Source of the DNA: a bacterium
GTDB lineage: Bacteria; Patescibacteriota; Minisyncoccia; Phycocordibacterales; CALRBL01
Direction: 5' to 3'
Assembly (NCBI GenBank): GCA_027487075.1
Contig: JAIYEG010000010.1
Location: 1-45,269 of the forward strand
DNA length: 45,269 nt
Shown here: one piece after another, positions 28,460-36,733 of the stretch
How the letters are laid out: each line of letters begins with the position of its first letter
Numbering within the stretch: the stretch's first letter is position 1
Notes under the pieces: model-generated
What the model saw: the letters and a program-made list of their open reading frames with translations, nothing else
What the model was told of the DNA's origin: nothing
The model's database searches: none
Position numbers and translations under genes: made by a program

Positions 28460-29791
28460 ATGGAAGCACGAACAAATGCTCAAATAGGCAGTCCCAATAT
28501 CGTACCCGCAGAACGGGTGCGATATTGCCTGTATGCGAGAAAGAGTTCCGAGGATAGCAGCGAGAAGCAAGCTTTATCAGTTGATTCTCAGGTAAAGGAA
28601 ATGCTGGCGATAGCGGAACGAGACAATCTTGAGATTGTGGATATTCGACGTGAGTCACATTCTGCAAAAACCTCTGGGCAAAGACCGGTATTCAATGAAT
28701 TAATTCGAGATCTTAACACTGGAAGATATACAGGTATTTTGACGTGGGCGCCAGACAGACTTTCTCGTAATGCGGGAGACTTGGGAGCCTTGGTCGATCT
28801 AATGGATGAGAAGAAATTGCATCAGATCAAAACATATGGACAATCATTTCAAAACTCACCGAACGAAAAGTTTTTATTGATGATTCTCTGTTCTCAGGCA
28901 AAGCTTGAGAACGACAACAAAAGTATCAATGTGAAGCGAGGGCTTCGTACTCGATGCGAGATGGGACTATGGCCTGCCCCTGCTCCAATGGGATATCTAA
29001 ATGAGATGAGAGCTGATCGCAAAGGTTACGTATACATTGATCCTGAGCGTGGTCACATTATTAAGAAAATGTTCGAAAAAGTTGCATATGAGAAATGGAG
29101 CGGAAAGAAGGTATTCCACTGGCTCAAGTTCGAGTTGAACTTCAAGACACCTAACGGAAACAAAGGACTGACCTTGAGCAATATTTATCTTCTTCTCCAA
29201 AACGACTTCTACTACGGATCATTTGAGTATCCAAGAAAAAGCGGACTTTGGTACAAAGGAATTCACGAACCTCTAATTTCCAAAGAATTATTTGATCAGG
29301 TTCAACAGCAAGTTAAAAGTCAGATCATCAGGGTACAGGACAAGGAGTTTGCTTTCACAAAGATTATGAGCTGCGGTCTATGCGATTCAGGAATTACAGC
29401 TGATGAAAAATTCAAGAAGCAGAAGAACGGGAATATCCATCGATATGTCTATTACGGATGTACCAAGAAAAAGGATCACAACTGCAAATGCGGATATATT
29501 CGGGAGGACGAGCTAATCGAACAGCTTGTGGGATTGATGGAAACGATAGATTTGGATGAGATAGGCATCAAGGAGAAGATCAGGGCTGAGGTGGAGCGTG
29601 TAAAGAAGTTCCAGAGGGTTATCTTGGGCACTAGAGAGAAGATCGAAGTGAGAGATATAGATATACGAAACTATGCGAAATACGTCCTGATGGAAGCTCC
29701 TGATTTGGAGAAAAGAGAGTTGTTGGGATGTTTGAAGAGTAAGATAAGACTAAGTAACAAGAAAATATTTTTGAAAATTAATTTGGATTAA
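28460..29791 (+). CDS. Large serine recombinase (resolvase + recombinase + Zn-ribbon)
   Basis: YARKSSED (catalytic Ser), RPVFN, DRLSRN, PAPMGY, HEPLISKELFD and CGLC...YYGC...C. Confidence 0.93.
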   Translation: MEARTNAQIGSPNIVPAERVRYCLYARKSSEDSSEKQALSVDSQVKEMLAIAERDNLEIVDIRRESHSAKTSGQRPVFNELIRDLNTGRYTGILTWAPDRLSRNAGDLGALVDLMDEKKLHQIKTYGQSFQNSPNEKFLLMILCSQAKLENDNKSINVKRGLRTRCEMGLWPAPAPMGYLNEMRADRKGYVYIDPERGHIIKKMFEKVAYEKWSGKKVFHWLKFELNFKTPNGNKGLTLSNIYLLLQNDFYYGSFEYPRKSGLWYKGIHEPLISKELFDQVQQQVKSQIIRVQDKEFAFTKIMSCGLCDSGITADEKFKKQKNGNIHRYVYYGCTKKKDHNCKCGYIREDELIEQLVGLMETIDLDEIGIKEKIRAEVERVKKFQRVILGTREKIEVRDIDIRNYAKYVLMEAPDLEKRELLGCLKSKIRLSNKKIFLKINLD

Positions 29792-30278
29792 ATCTTGAAT
29801 CCCAAAGCATTGAGTTAGTTCTATCTCCGTTATTTTTAAAAAAAGTAAGTTTTACAAAAGAAAGAAATTCTTTTAAATCAATACTTCTAGAAATGTACCT
29901 AACCCCCGAGTGTATTGATGATACATGGGGCTCGTGCTGCTCATCATTTTGATAATGAAAATTAAAATATAAACAATCATCCGACATTTTATTTGAAGGT
30001 TTATGCTCAAGAAGATAATCATACTCATCTGAAGAAAATATATATGTATAACCTTCAACCTTTTTTTCTTTTAGATTATAGATTTCAAAAAAAGAAAGAT
30101 AGCCAACTTTATCTTTAAGCAACATACCTTCCGCACGTTGGTGACTAATTTCGTGAGGAAAATAAATAATATTCCCAACTTTTTTCATAGAATTAATAGC
30201 TCTTTCAGGATCTTGAAAAATATCCTTATACTCATTTAATGCTATTTTAATTTCTGTTACTCTTTTATCTATAGACAT
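29778..30278 (-). CDS. Putative toxin, TumE/DUF6516-like
   Basis: TGATG coupling to the upstream gene; GYTY...H..PH...IDLKEFLSFV pattern; very AT-rich. Confidence 0.4.
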   Translation of the reverse strand: MSIDKRVTEIKIALNEYKDIFQDPERAINSMKKVGNIIYFPHEISHQRAEGMLLKDKVGYLSFFEIYNLKEKKVEGYTYIFSSDEYDYLLEHKPSNKMSDDCLYFNFHYQNDEQHEPHVSSIHSGVRYISRSIDLKEFLSFVKLTFFKNNGDRTNSMLWDSRFNPN

Positions 30279-30661
30279 CACACATGTAAAACTTTGTAGA
30301 TGCTGTTCCACTCATAAAATTCTGGTCTACTTTGTAGGATTCCTTTTTCCCATTCTTCGTGAAATTCCTTAGAATTTTTATTAAATTTATGTTCATAGGT
30401 TTTTAATTTCTCATAAAGACTAGTATGAGTGAGTATATCTTGGTGATTATAAACAATTTTATTAAATCGATTTAGATCATTGATCGTAAATATTGACCCA
30501 GAAGTTTCTCCTGTTCCTAGAGCCACAGTTAGATTACTATTGTCGCTTGGTGGAATAAATGAGGCAGAGATAGAAGAAGCACCAACAGCAAAAAGCTGAT
30601 TTGGGGCATTAAATGTCTCTATGCCAGAAGTTCCGTTCGCAATATAAATAAATTTATCCAT
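30278..30661 (-). CDS. Putative TumA-like antitoxin with an N-terminal low-complexity extension
   Basis: C-terminal LKTYEHKFNKNSKEFHEEWEKG.....EFYEWNSIY resembles TumA-type antitoxins; about 70 aa of S/T/G/A-rich N-terminus. Confidence 0.5.
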   Translation of the reverse strand: MDKFIYIANGTSGIETFNAPNQLFAVGASSISASFIPPSDNSNLTVALGTGETSGSIFTINDLNRFNKIVYNHQDILTHTSLYEKLKTYEHKFNKNSKEFHEEWEKGILQSRPEFYEWNSIYKVLHV

Positions 30662-30665
30662 AAAT

Positions 30666-31325
30666 CTATATTAGCTTACCTAGAACCACTGGTAAATCAT
30701 TATAGAGATTAGTTGTTTTCTCTTTAAAATCAGTTAGTGTTGGGAGTGCTGAATCTATAAAATTTGAGTTTTGAGATACTTGGATATTTCCTTGCGGTAT
30801 AACAGATGCACCATCTGCAAACTTAGGTTCAATTCTAAGATCATTTCTAATTCCATCTTTTGTTTTATAAATAAATCGAACAGCACTTCCAATAAGCTCT
30901 CCGGCATCACCGAACGCTTCTTTTTGTATAAATTTATCTCTCAAAAACTGAGAGGAATCTTCAGCATCAGTTTCGAACGTGGAAATAATATTGAAACCAT
31001 AAGCTTTCAATTTATCAAAACTTAATATTTCATATACTGCTCGTGCTAGTTGAGTAAATTTCGCAAGGTCTCTTGAAGCATATCCAGTGACTTTATTATC
31101 TGAAATAATAATTTTTTCTCTTTCTGCTGTAATATTAATTTGATTTGTTGAATCAAATATCAACATTAGCTCAGGAAATTGAGTGGTGATTGGTTTACTT
31201 GAATCTCCAAATATTTCAATGATTTTTGATTTAATTTTATCAGCATTTAAAGTCCCTGGCTCAACAGGCTTTTCGGGAACAAGAACAAAATTTGTTAACA
31301 GTGTTTCGTGGTTAGTGATTTTCAT
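30666..31325 (-). CDS. Hypothetical protein, TIGR04255-like
   Basis: 219 aa alpha/beta protein with a central KAYGFN strand; first gene of a tight three-gene operon. Confidence 0.45.
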   Translation of the reverse strand: MKITNHETLLTNFVLVPEKPVEPGTLNADKIKSKIIEIFGDSSKPITTQFPELMLIFDSTNQINITAEREKIIISDNKVTGYASRDLAKFTQLARAVYEILSFDKLKAYGFNIISTFETDAEDSSQFLRDKFIQKEAFGDAGELIGSAVRFIYKTKDGIRNDLRIEPKFADGASVIPQGNIQVSQNSNFIDSALPTLTDFKEKTTNLYNDLPVVLGKLI

Positions 31326-31387
31326 TACTAGATAATTATACTTTACTATTTTAACATTCTCTAATTAGAAGATAAACGAAGGATTTC

Positions 31388-31443
31388 GACCCTCATCGGA
31401 CTCCGAACCTATCTCAACTTGGCTGCCGGTCTGCGACTCTAAC
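31388..31443. repeat. Direct repeat of the tRNA-Gln 3' end plus flank (att-like junction)
   Basis: 34/38 identical to 34939-34976 and 46/56 to 34939-34994. Confidence 0.85.
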
Positions 31444-31500
31444 TTTTATCAATTATGTGGCTCTAAATATGCACCTTGATTCAGATTTTTCCTAGGAGCA

Positions 31501-31524
31501 CAGGTTCGATTCCAAAGGGGGTCA
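31501..31524. repeat. Inverted degenerate copy of the junction motif
   Basis: CAGGTTCG-ATTCCAAAGGGGGTCA versus CAGGTTCGGAGTCCGAGAAGGGTCA (reverse complement of 34938-34962). Confidence 0.55.
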
Positions 31525-32268
31525 TTATTTACCATTCCAATGTAAAACTTTTTTCTCAAAAGCTAACAGAAGTAGGTTGAGCAAATATCCAATGATTCCC
31601 GCAAGCAAAATAGCCGCGTACATTGTTTTGATCTCGTAGGTAATTTGAGAATCAATAATTCTACGCCCAATTCCTGTAGGTGTTCCGATAAACATCTCAG
31701 TAACAACGATAACTACCAAAGATAAACTTACAGAACTTCGGAGACCGATGAATGTCTGAGGCAAACTTTCCCAGAAAAGTATCCATCTAAATATTTGAGC
31801 TTTTGTTGCCCCCATAATCTTGGCTGCAAGCACCCTTGATTTCTTAGCATGCATCACGCCATAAGCTGTATTAAAAACGATGATAAGCATCGAGGAAAAA
31901 GCGGCAACAGCAATCTTAGAGGTATCAGTTACTCCAAACACCAGAAGGAATAGTGGAAACATGGCTGTGGCTGGTGTTGATCGGAAGAAGTCGATTATAA
32001 ACTCAAAACTTCTGTATAGCTTTTCAGACCGTCCAAGCCATAAGCCAAGCGGTAAGCCAATAACTAAAGCAATCATAAAAGAGATCATCACACGTCCCAG
32101 TGTTGCCAATAAGTCTGGGATAATTGAACCTTTTATCAATAGCCTGCCAAGCTCACTTATGGTTTCAAAAGGGTCGGGCAAGAAAAAGGAATCTACCAAA
32201 TGAAGCCGAGCGACAATAGCCCAGACTGCAATTAAAACTATTGGTCCTATAAATGAATACTTTCTCAT
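31525..32268 (-). CDS. NitT/TauT (SsuC/TauC-like) ABC permease
   Basis: FFRSTPATAMFPL, the EAA-loop AAKIMGA, and VVTEM. Confidence 0.9.
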   Translation of the reverse strand: MRKYSFIGPIVLIAVWAIVARLHLVDSFFLPDPFETISELGRLLIKGSIIPDLLATLGRVMISFMIALVIGLPLGLWLGRSEKLYRSFEFIIDFFRSTPATAMFPLFLLVFGVTDTSKIAVAAFSSMLIIVFNTAYGVMHAKKSRVLAAKIMGATKAQIFRWILFWESLPQTFIGLRSSVSLSLVVIVVTEMFIGTPTGIGRRIIDSQITYEIKTMYAAILLAGIIGYLLNLLLLAFEKKVLHWNGK

Positions 32269-33014
32269 AGGTTTGCAGCTTTTTGGAAAGCAGTTAGGAC
32301 CTTATCTTTTACTTGGTGAAATTGCTCAGTTTTAAGAGACTGAAGACTCCGAGGATAAGGTAAAGGGTTCTCAATCGTCTCAAGAGTCTGTGTTGGCTTT
32401 TTTGATAAGACAACAATCTTATCAGCCAGATGAACTGCTTCCTCAATATTGTGAGTAATGAGAAGAATTGTAGGCTTAAATGTCAGATAGTATTTCTGCA
32501 AGTGTTCTCGCAAACGGAGATTGTTTTCATAATCCAAAGCAGAAAAAGGCTCATCAATAAAGAGTACATTGGGCTCAGTTATGAGTGCTCTCATGAAAGC
32601 AACAATTTGCTGCTGTCCGCCACTTAATTCGTAAGGATAGTGGTCCCAATTAATCTTAAACTCGAAAAGCTTTTGGAGCTTTTCTACTCTCTCCTTTATT
32701 TCTGATTTGGTCTTGCCTTGAATTTGAAGTGGCAATGCTACATTTTCAAAATTGGTTCGCCAAGGTAATAACGATTCACGATAATTTTGGAAGATATAAC
32801 TAAATTGAAAATGATTGAAGTTTTCAATGTGGTAATTGCCTCCGTCTTTAGGAATAATACCCGACAGGATATTTAGTAAAGTTGATTTGCCTGATCCGTT
32901 AGGTCCGAAGATTGCAGTTATTTTTCCTTCCTCAATATCAAGACTGAAGTCTTGAAAGACTTCAGTCTGATTAAATGACTTTCTTAGGTTATTAACTGCA
33001 ACGGCTTTTGTCAT
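32265..33014 (-). CDS. NitT/TauT ABC ATP-binding protein
   Basis: GPNGSGKST, LSGGQ, DEPFSALD and ITH. Confidence 0.92.
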   Translation of the reverse strand: MTKAVAVNNLRKSFNQTEVFQDFSLDIEEGKITAIFGPNGSGKSTLLNILSGIIPKDGGNYHIENFNHFQFSYIFQNYRESLLPWRTNFENVALPLQIQGKTKSEIKERVEKLQKLFEFKINWDHYPYELSGGQQQIVAFMRALITEPNVLFIDEPFSALDYENNLRLREHLQKYYLTFKPTILLITHNIEEAVHLADKIVVLSKKPTQTLETIENPLPYPRSLQSLKTEQFHQVKDKVLTAFQKAANL

Positions 33015-34021
33015 TAGTTACTTGGAGAATAAATGAGTTGCTTAAAATCCATCTTTCCATTGACTACACCCCATTTCGTGAAGATGTCATAGAATTTTTG
33101 AGTTTCAGTTATGTCTTTCTCATCAAGCTCGTTATACATCTTGAATAAGAGAATTGGTGCTTTGGTGATTGTAGTGTCATCAAGCTGAGTGTAGCCTTTG
33201 AGATACTGCCTATCCGCATCAGGATTCTCTCGAATGTCCTTCATTGCTTTTGCAATAGCGTTCATTACTTTTTTTGTAGTATGTGGGTTCTCTTTAGCAA
33301 AATCTACTCGTATAATTCCTGCTCCTGCATAGAACGGATTAGCAATGTATGTAGCTGCTGCAAATGGCACGAGCTCCTGACCGATACGCTTTGCCTTAAC
33401 AACTGTAGGAACTGGCTCAATTATGAGTGCAGCATCAATGTCACCAGTAGCAAGAGCTTGAGCTTGGAGACCAAGAGCGATTTCAACAATCTTAACATCC
33501 TTGTCATATGTGAGATTGTTTTTATCAAGTATCTCACGAGCGATTGTCTGCCACTGAATAGTGCCAGCCATAATACCGAGCTTCTTTCCCTTCAAATCTT
33601 GAATGGTTTTAATAGGGCTATCTTTCTTTACGACAATGGCATCGTTCTGAACAGTTGAATCGTCCCCACCTGCCACTGCATAAATTTTGAGCTTACCTGG
33701 ATTTTTGAAGTCGGCAATTCCAGCAATACCTGTTGCCCCGCCTGGGTGAGCTAGATCAACTTGACCTTGCAAGAGAGCATCAATGATTTGATTAGGAGCT
33801 TCAAATTTAACAAGCTCAACATCCAGACCTTCATCCTTGAAATAACCTTTTTCAATAGCGACATATACAGGCAATCCTTGCACATTTGGCAGACTCGCAA
33901 TTTTTACCTTGGTCGCTTCTGTTGCCACATACTGCTTCACTTCATTATGGTTGGAATAAAACAGCGCACCCGCAAGGCAGAGTACGAAAATAATGCTATA
34001 GGTGATGGCTTTTTTGTTCAT
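33014..34021 (-). CDS. SsuA/THI5-like ABC substrate-binding protein
   Basis: N-terminal anchor, YVAIEKGYFKDEGLDV, DLKGKKLG and ALATGDIDA. Confidence 0.88.
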   Translation of the reverse strand: MNKKAITYSIIFVLCLAGALFYSNHNEVKQYVATEATKVKIASLPNVQGLPVYVAIEKGYFKDEGLDVELVKFEAPNQIIDALLQGQVDLAHPGGATGIAGIADFKNPGKLKIYAVAGGDDSTVQNDAIVVKKDSPIKTIQDLKGKKLGIMAGTIQWQTIAREILDKNNLTYDKDVKIVEIALGLQAQALATGDIDAALIIEPVPTVVKAKRIGQELVPFAAATYIANPFYAGAGIIRVDFAKENPHTTKKVMNAIAKAMKDIRENPDADRQYLKGYTQLDDTTITKAPILLFKMYNELDEKDITETQKFYDIFTKWGVVNGKMDFKQLIYSPSN

Positions 34022-34060
34022 ATGCTCTAGATTATTTATATCTAGCAATAATGTAAATAG

Positions 34061-34101
34061 TGTTGTACAACATTGACAACAATGGAGAAAAGGAGTACGC
34101 T
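34061..34101 (+). promoter_or_regulatory. trmB promoter with an adjacent palindrome
   Basis: TGTTGTACAACA palindrome (34061-34072), then TTGACA-17-TACGCT-6 nt-ATG. Confidence 0.6.
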
Positions 34102-34107
34102 GGGCCC

Positions 34108-34920
34108 ATGATTACCAAAAAACTCGCTGCGATCGGTCTCACTGAAGCCGAAACCGACACGTTTATTTTCCTGGTAGAAAATCCTGCACAGACGGCAGGA
34201 ACGATTGCCAAGAAAACAGGTATCTCGCGCCCTTCCCTTTATGGATATCTAAAGAATCTCCAAGAAAAAGGCTTGGTCACCCAGTCCCAGAAGGATCGTG
34301 TAAAGATATTCTCTGCGGCTGCAAAGGAGAAAGTTGACTTGATTTTTGATGGGCACATAAAGGAATTCTCGGAAGCAAAGAAAGCTGTCGAACAAGTCTT
34401 CAGTGAAATTCAGATGGGTAAAAAGCCCGTCTCAGGGCCACGGGTGCAGATATTCGAAGGAAGGAAGGAAATGCAGCACCTCACACGGGATCTTCTCCTC
34501 TACAGAAACATTACCTCTCAATCATATTGGCCAATCAAGTCCATGCTTGAAACTCTAGGTGACTCCTTTTTTAAGGAGTTTAACAAAGAAAGAGTTAAGA
34601 GAAATATTTATATAGATGCGATCTGGCCAGAAAAGCAGACCATTGATATGAAAAAGTTTCCATTCATGGGAGCCGGTGGTGATTTCCTAAGAGAAGTAAG
34701 AATTGCCCCAAAGGAAATTGATTTTTCTATGGGCTACTGGATTTACGAAAATAAAGTTTCTTTTGTTTCTTCACAAAAAAGCAATTTCGGCTTTATCATT
34801 GAAAACAAAGAATTTGCTGACATGATGGCCTCACAATTTAAAGTAATGTGGAAACTTTCCAAGAAGAAACCTGTTACTCAAGAGGAATCAGCGAAGTTGT
34901 TTAGAGAGATGCTGAACTAA
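34108..34920 (+). CDS. TrmB-family transcriptional regulator
   Basis: IGLTEAE...IAKKTGISRPSLY..LKNLQEKGLV, VQIFEG, IYENKVSF and II.N.EFA; divergent from the ABC operon. Confidence 0.85.
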   Translation: MITKKLAAIGLTEAETDTFIFLVENPAQTAGTIAKKTGISRPSLYGYLKNLQEKGLVTQSQKDRVKIFSAAAKEKVDLIFDGHIKEFSEAKKAVEQVFSEIQMGKKPVSGPRVQIFEGRKEMQHLTRDLLLYRNITSQSYWPIKSMLETLGDSFFKEFNKERVKRNIYIDAIWPEKQTIDMKKFPFMGAGGDFLREVRIAPKEIDFSMGYWIYENKVSFVSSQKSNFGFIIENKEFADMMASQFKVMWKLSKKKPVTQEESAKLFREMLN

Positions 34921-34938
34921 GCCTTTCTATATTTATAT

Positions 34939-34994
34939 GACCCTTCTCGGACTCCGAACCTGCCTCAACTTGGCTGGGGGACAGGGACTCGAAC
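34939..34994. repeat. att-like site overlapping the tRNA-Gln 3' end
   Basis: Matches 31388-31443 and contains the TCGGA-C-TCCGA palindrome. Confidence 0.85.
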
Positions 34995-35044
34995 CCCGAT
35001 ACTAGCGACCAAAACGCTATGTCCTACCATTAGACGATCCCCCA
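34971..35044 (-). tRNA. tRNA-Gln(TTG), CCA encoded
   Basis: TGGGGGA/TCCCCCA acceptor stem, TAGCG-TT TTG GT-CGCTA anticodon arm, GTTCGAGTC T-arm and GCCA end. Confidence 0.96.
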
Positions 35045-35211
35045 ATTATTGTTTTATTTACATATACCACGTACCCACCCAGCTATCATGCAGAGCTTTG
35101 TAGTGCTCTGCCTCACGAATATGCGGAGATTTCCATTATACATATTTCCGATATTTTTTCTATTTGTCATTTCCCTTCAGTATGCTAGTTTTCTACTGAA
35201 ACATATCACCT

Positions 35212-35547
35212 ATGAAGCTCTACATCGTTACCACGTTCACCACCCACACAACCGCCTCACTCCCCCTCTCGGCGACACGACTCACCACCGAGGATCCAAA
35301 GAAAGCAGCAGCAACGGTTCAGGAACTCGCTTCCTCCCCAGAGGAAATGGAATTCACCTATCTGATCGTCGTGAAATCTGTTCACAAGGGCTTGTCATAC
35401 GGACAGGAAGGTCCTCCGCTTCTTCTTCAGGTGAGCAAAAGTGGAGAAGGTCTCGAAGAACCGGAACTCACATTCAACTTCAAAGACGAAGGGTTCCGCC
35501 AACAGGCTGAGGGCATCATCGACATCCCCACTCCAGCCACCGCCTGA
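35212..35547 (+). CDS. Hypothetical protein
   Basis: 111 aa with coherent codon usage, followed by a terminator. Confidence 0.6.
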   Translation: MKLYIVTTFTTHTTASLPLSATRLTTEDPKKAAATVQELASSPEEMEFTYLIVVKSVHKGLSYGQEGPPLLLQVSKSGEGLEEPELTFNFKDEGFRQQAEGIIDIPTPATA

Positions 35548-35572
35548 CCCACACCACGCACGTTCGTCGTGC

Positions 35573-35600
35573 ACACCGCCCACACAAGGCGGTGTTTTTT
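35573..35600 (+). terminator. Intrinsic terminator
   Basis: ACACCGCC-loop-GGCGGTGT-TTTTT. Confidence 0.75.
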
Positions 35601-35601
35601 G

Positions 35602-36633
35602 TTACTTCCCCGCCACCTCAATCGCCGCCACCTCAAGCAAGACTTCAGGCACCGGTGATGCTTTCATGCGTGCATACGCATCGAGTAGCGTAAGAAGTGT
35701 GGTTGATGACACCGCAGCTGGCTTTGCCGCTACGATACGCGACAACGTCTCGAACGTATGTTCGCCAAGCTCAGACTGAAATCCTGCTACAGATTCTTTT
35801 GAAATCGTGAGGAGAAGCAATGCGCGGAATCGCTCGAGTATGAGCTCACTCGCCTTGATGATATCAACTCCCTTTTCTAAAAGCGCACGCACCGCTCCAA
35901 GTGCTTTCTCCACATCTTTGGTGGCAACACCTTCAACATATGAAAGAATGATTGCTTCATCAGGTGCACCCAAGATTGCTTCGGCTTCCGCACGGGTAAT
36001 GGTCTTGTCAGCGCTTGCTCCGATGATCTTCTCGAGGGTTCCGTATGCATCACGAAACGCTCCGTCACCAAAGAGCGCGATGAGCTCTGACACTCCTTCT
36101 TCCATCTTCACCTTCTCTGCTTTCGCTGCTTTCTCGATGACCGCACGCAAAATAGCGCGCGTCGGCTTCTTAAACAAAAACGTCTGACAACGCGACAGAA
36201 TGGTCTCAGGTACTTTCTCGATTTCGGTCGTAGCAAGAATGAAGATGACATGTGCAGGCGGCTCTTCAAGTGTTTTCAAGAACGCATTCCACGCAGACTT
36301 CGAGAGCATATGCACTTCGTCCAAGATATAGATTTTGTACGGCGAGCGAAATGGGAGAGTGAACACGGCCTCATTGAGTTCTTTAATGTGTTCGACACTG
36401 GTGTGTGAAGCGGCGTCAATTTCGGTGATGTCCTCATCGGCAGTGCCAAGTGCTTTTGCAAAAATACGCGCAAGCGACGTCTTCCCGGTACCACGTGATC
36501 CTGAAAAAAGGTATGCGTGAGAGATAGCATTCGCTTCGATGGCACCCTGCAACGCTTTGACCACATGCTCTTGTCCTACCACATCAGCAAACGTCTGGGG
36601 GCGATACTTTCGGTAGAGGGATTGGTATGACAT
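35602..36633 (-). CDS. dnaX: DNA polymerase III subunit gamma/tau (short form)
   Basis: LYRKYRPQTFADVVGQ, GSRGTGKTS, EIDAAS, ILDEVHML, NAFLKTLEEPP and TILSRC. Confidence 0.96.
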   Translation of the reverse strand: MSYQSLYRKYRPQTFADVVGQEHVVKALQGAIEANAISHAYLFSGSRGTGKTSLARIFAKALGTADEDITEIDAASHTSVEHIKELNEAVFTLPFRSPYKIYILDEVHMLSKSAWNAFLKTLEEPPAHVIFILATTEIEKVPETILSRCQTFLFKKPTRAILRAVIEKAAKAEKVKMEEGVSELIALFGDGAFRDAYGTLEKIIGASADKTITRAEAEAILGAPDEAIILSYVEGVATKDVEKALGAVRALLEKGVDIIKASELILERFRALLLLTISKESVAGFQSELGEHTFETLSRIVAAKPAAVSSTTLLTLLDAYARMKASPVPEVLLEVAAIEVAGK

Positions 36634-36733
36634 ATGCAAGGATTATAACGCAAAAGCGGCACTCAAAAAAGCATACAAAAAAGGACGCCACGCACGAATG
36701 CATGACGTCCTGTGACACGAAGAAACGAAGCTA

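Larger units (their letters stand above)
21347..31425. mobile_element. About 10 kb large-serine-recombinase integrative element with defence cargo
   Basis: Contains a ParB-MTase / HTH / LSR backbone, LexA, CBASS-type and TA-type genes, and is bounded by junction motifs. The left boundary is uncertain. Confidence 0.6.
31426..34970. mobile_element. Non-autonomous 3.5 kb cassette (ABC transporter + TrmB) between att-like repeats
   Basis: Flanked by the 31388 and 34939 repeats, with an inverted motif copy at 31501; encodes no recombinase. Confidence 0.6.

Noticed and set aside
26670-29791. Intact prophage
   Set aside because: No large terminase, portal, capsid, tail or lysis genes.
31495-31524. 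GGTTCGATTCC as the T-arm of a second tRNA
   Set aside because: No acceptor, D or anticodon stems can be formed; it is better explained as an inverted junction motif.
35049-35779. Alternative overlapping ORFs 35049-35510 and 35441-35779
   Set aside because: They overlap 35212-35547, which fits the terminator; the second also runs through the terminator into dnaX.
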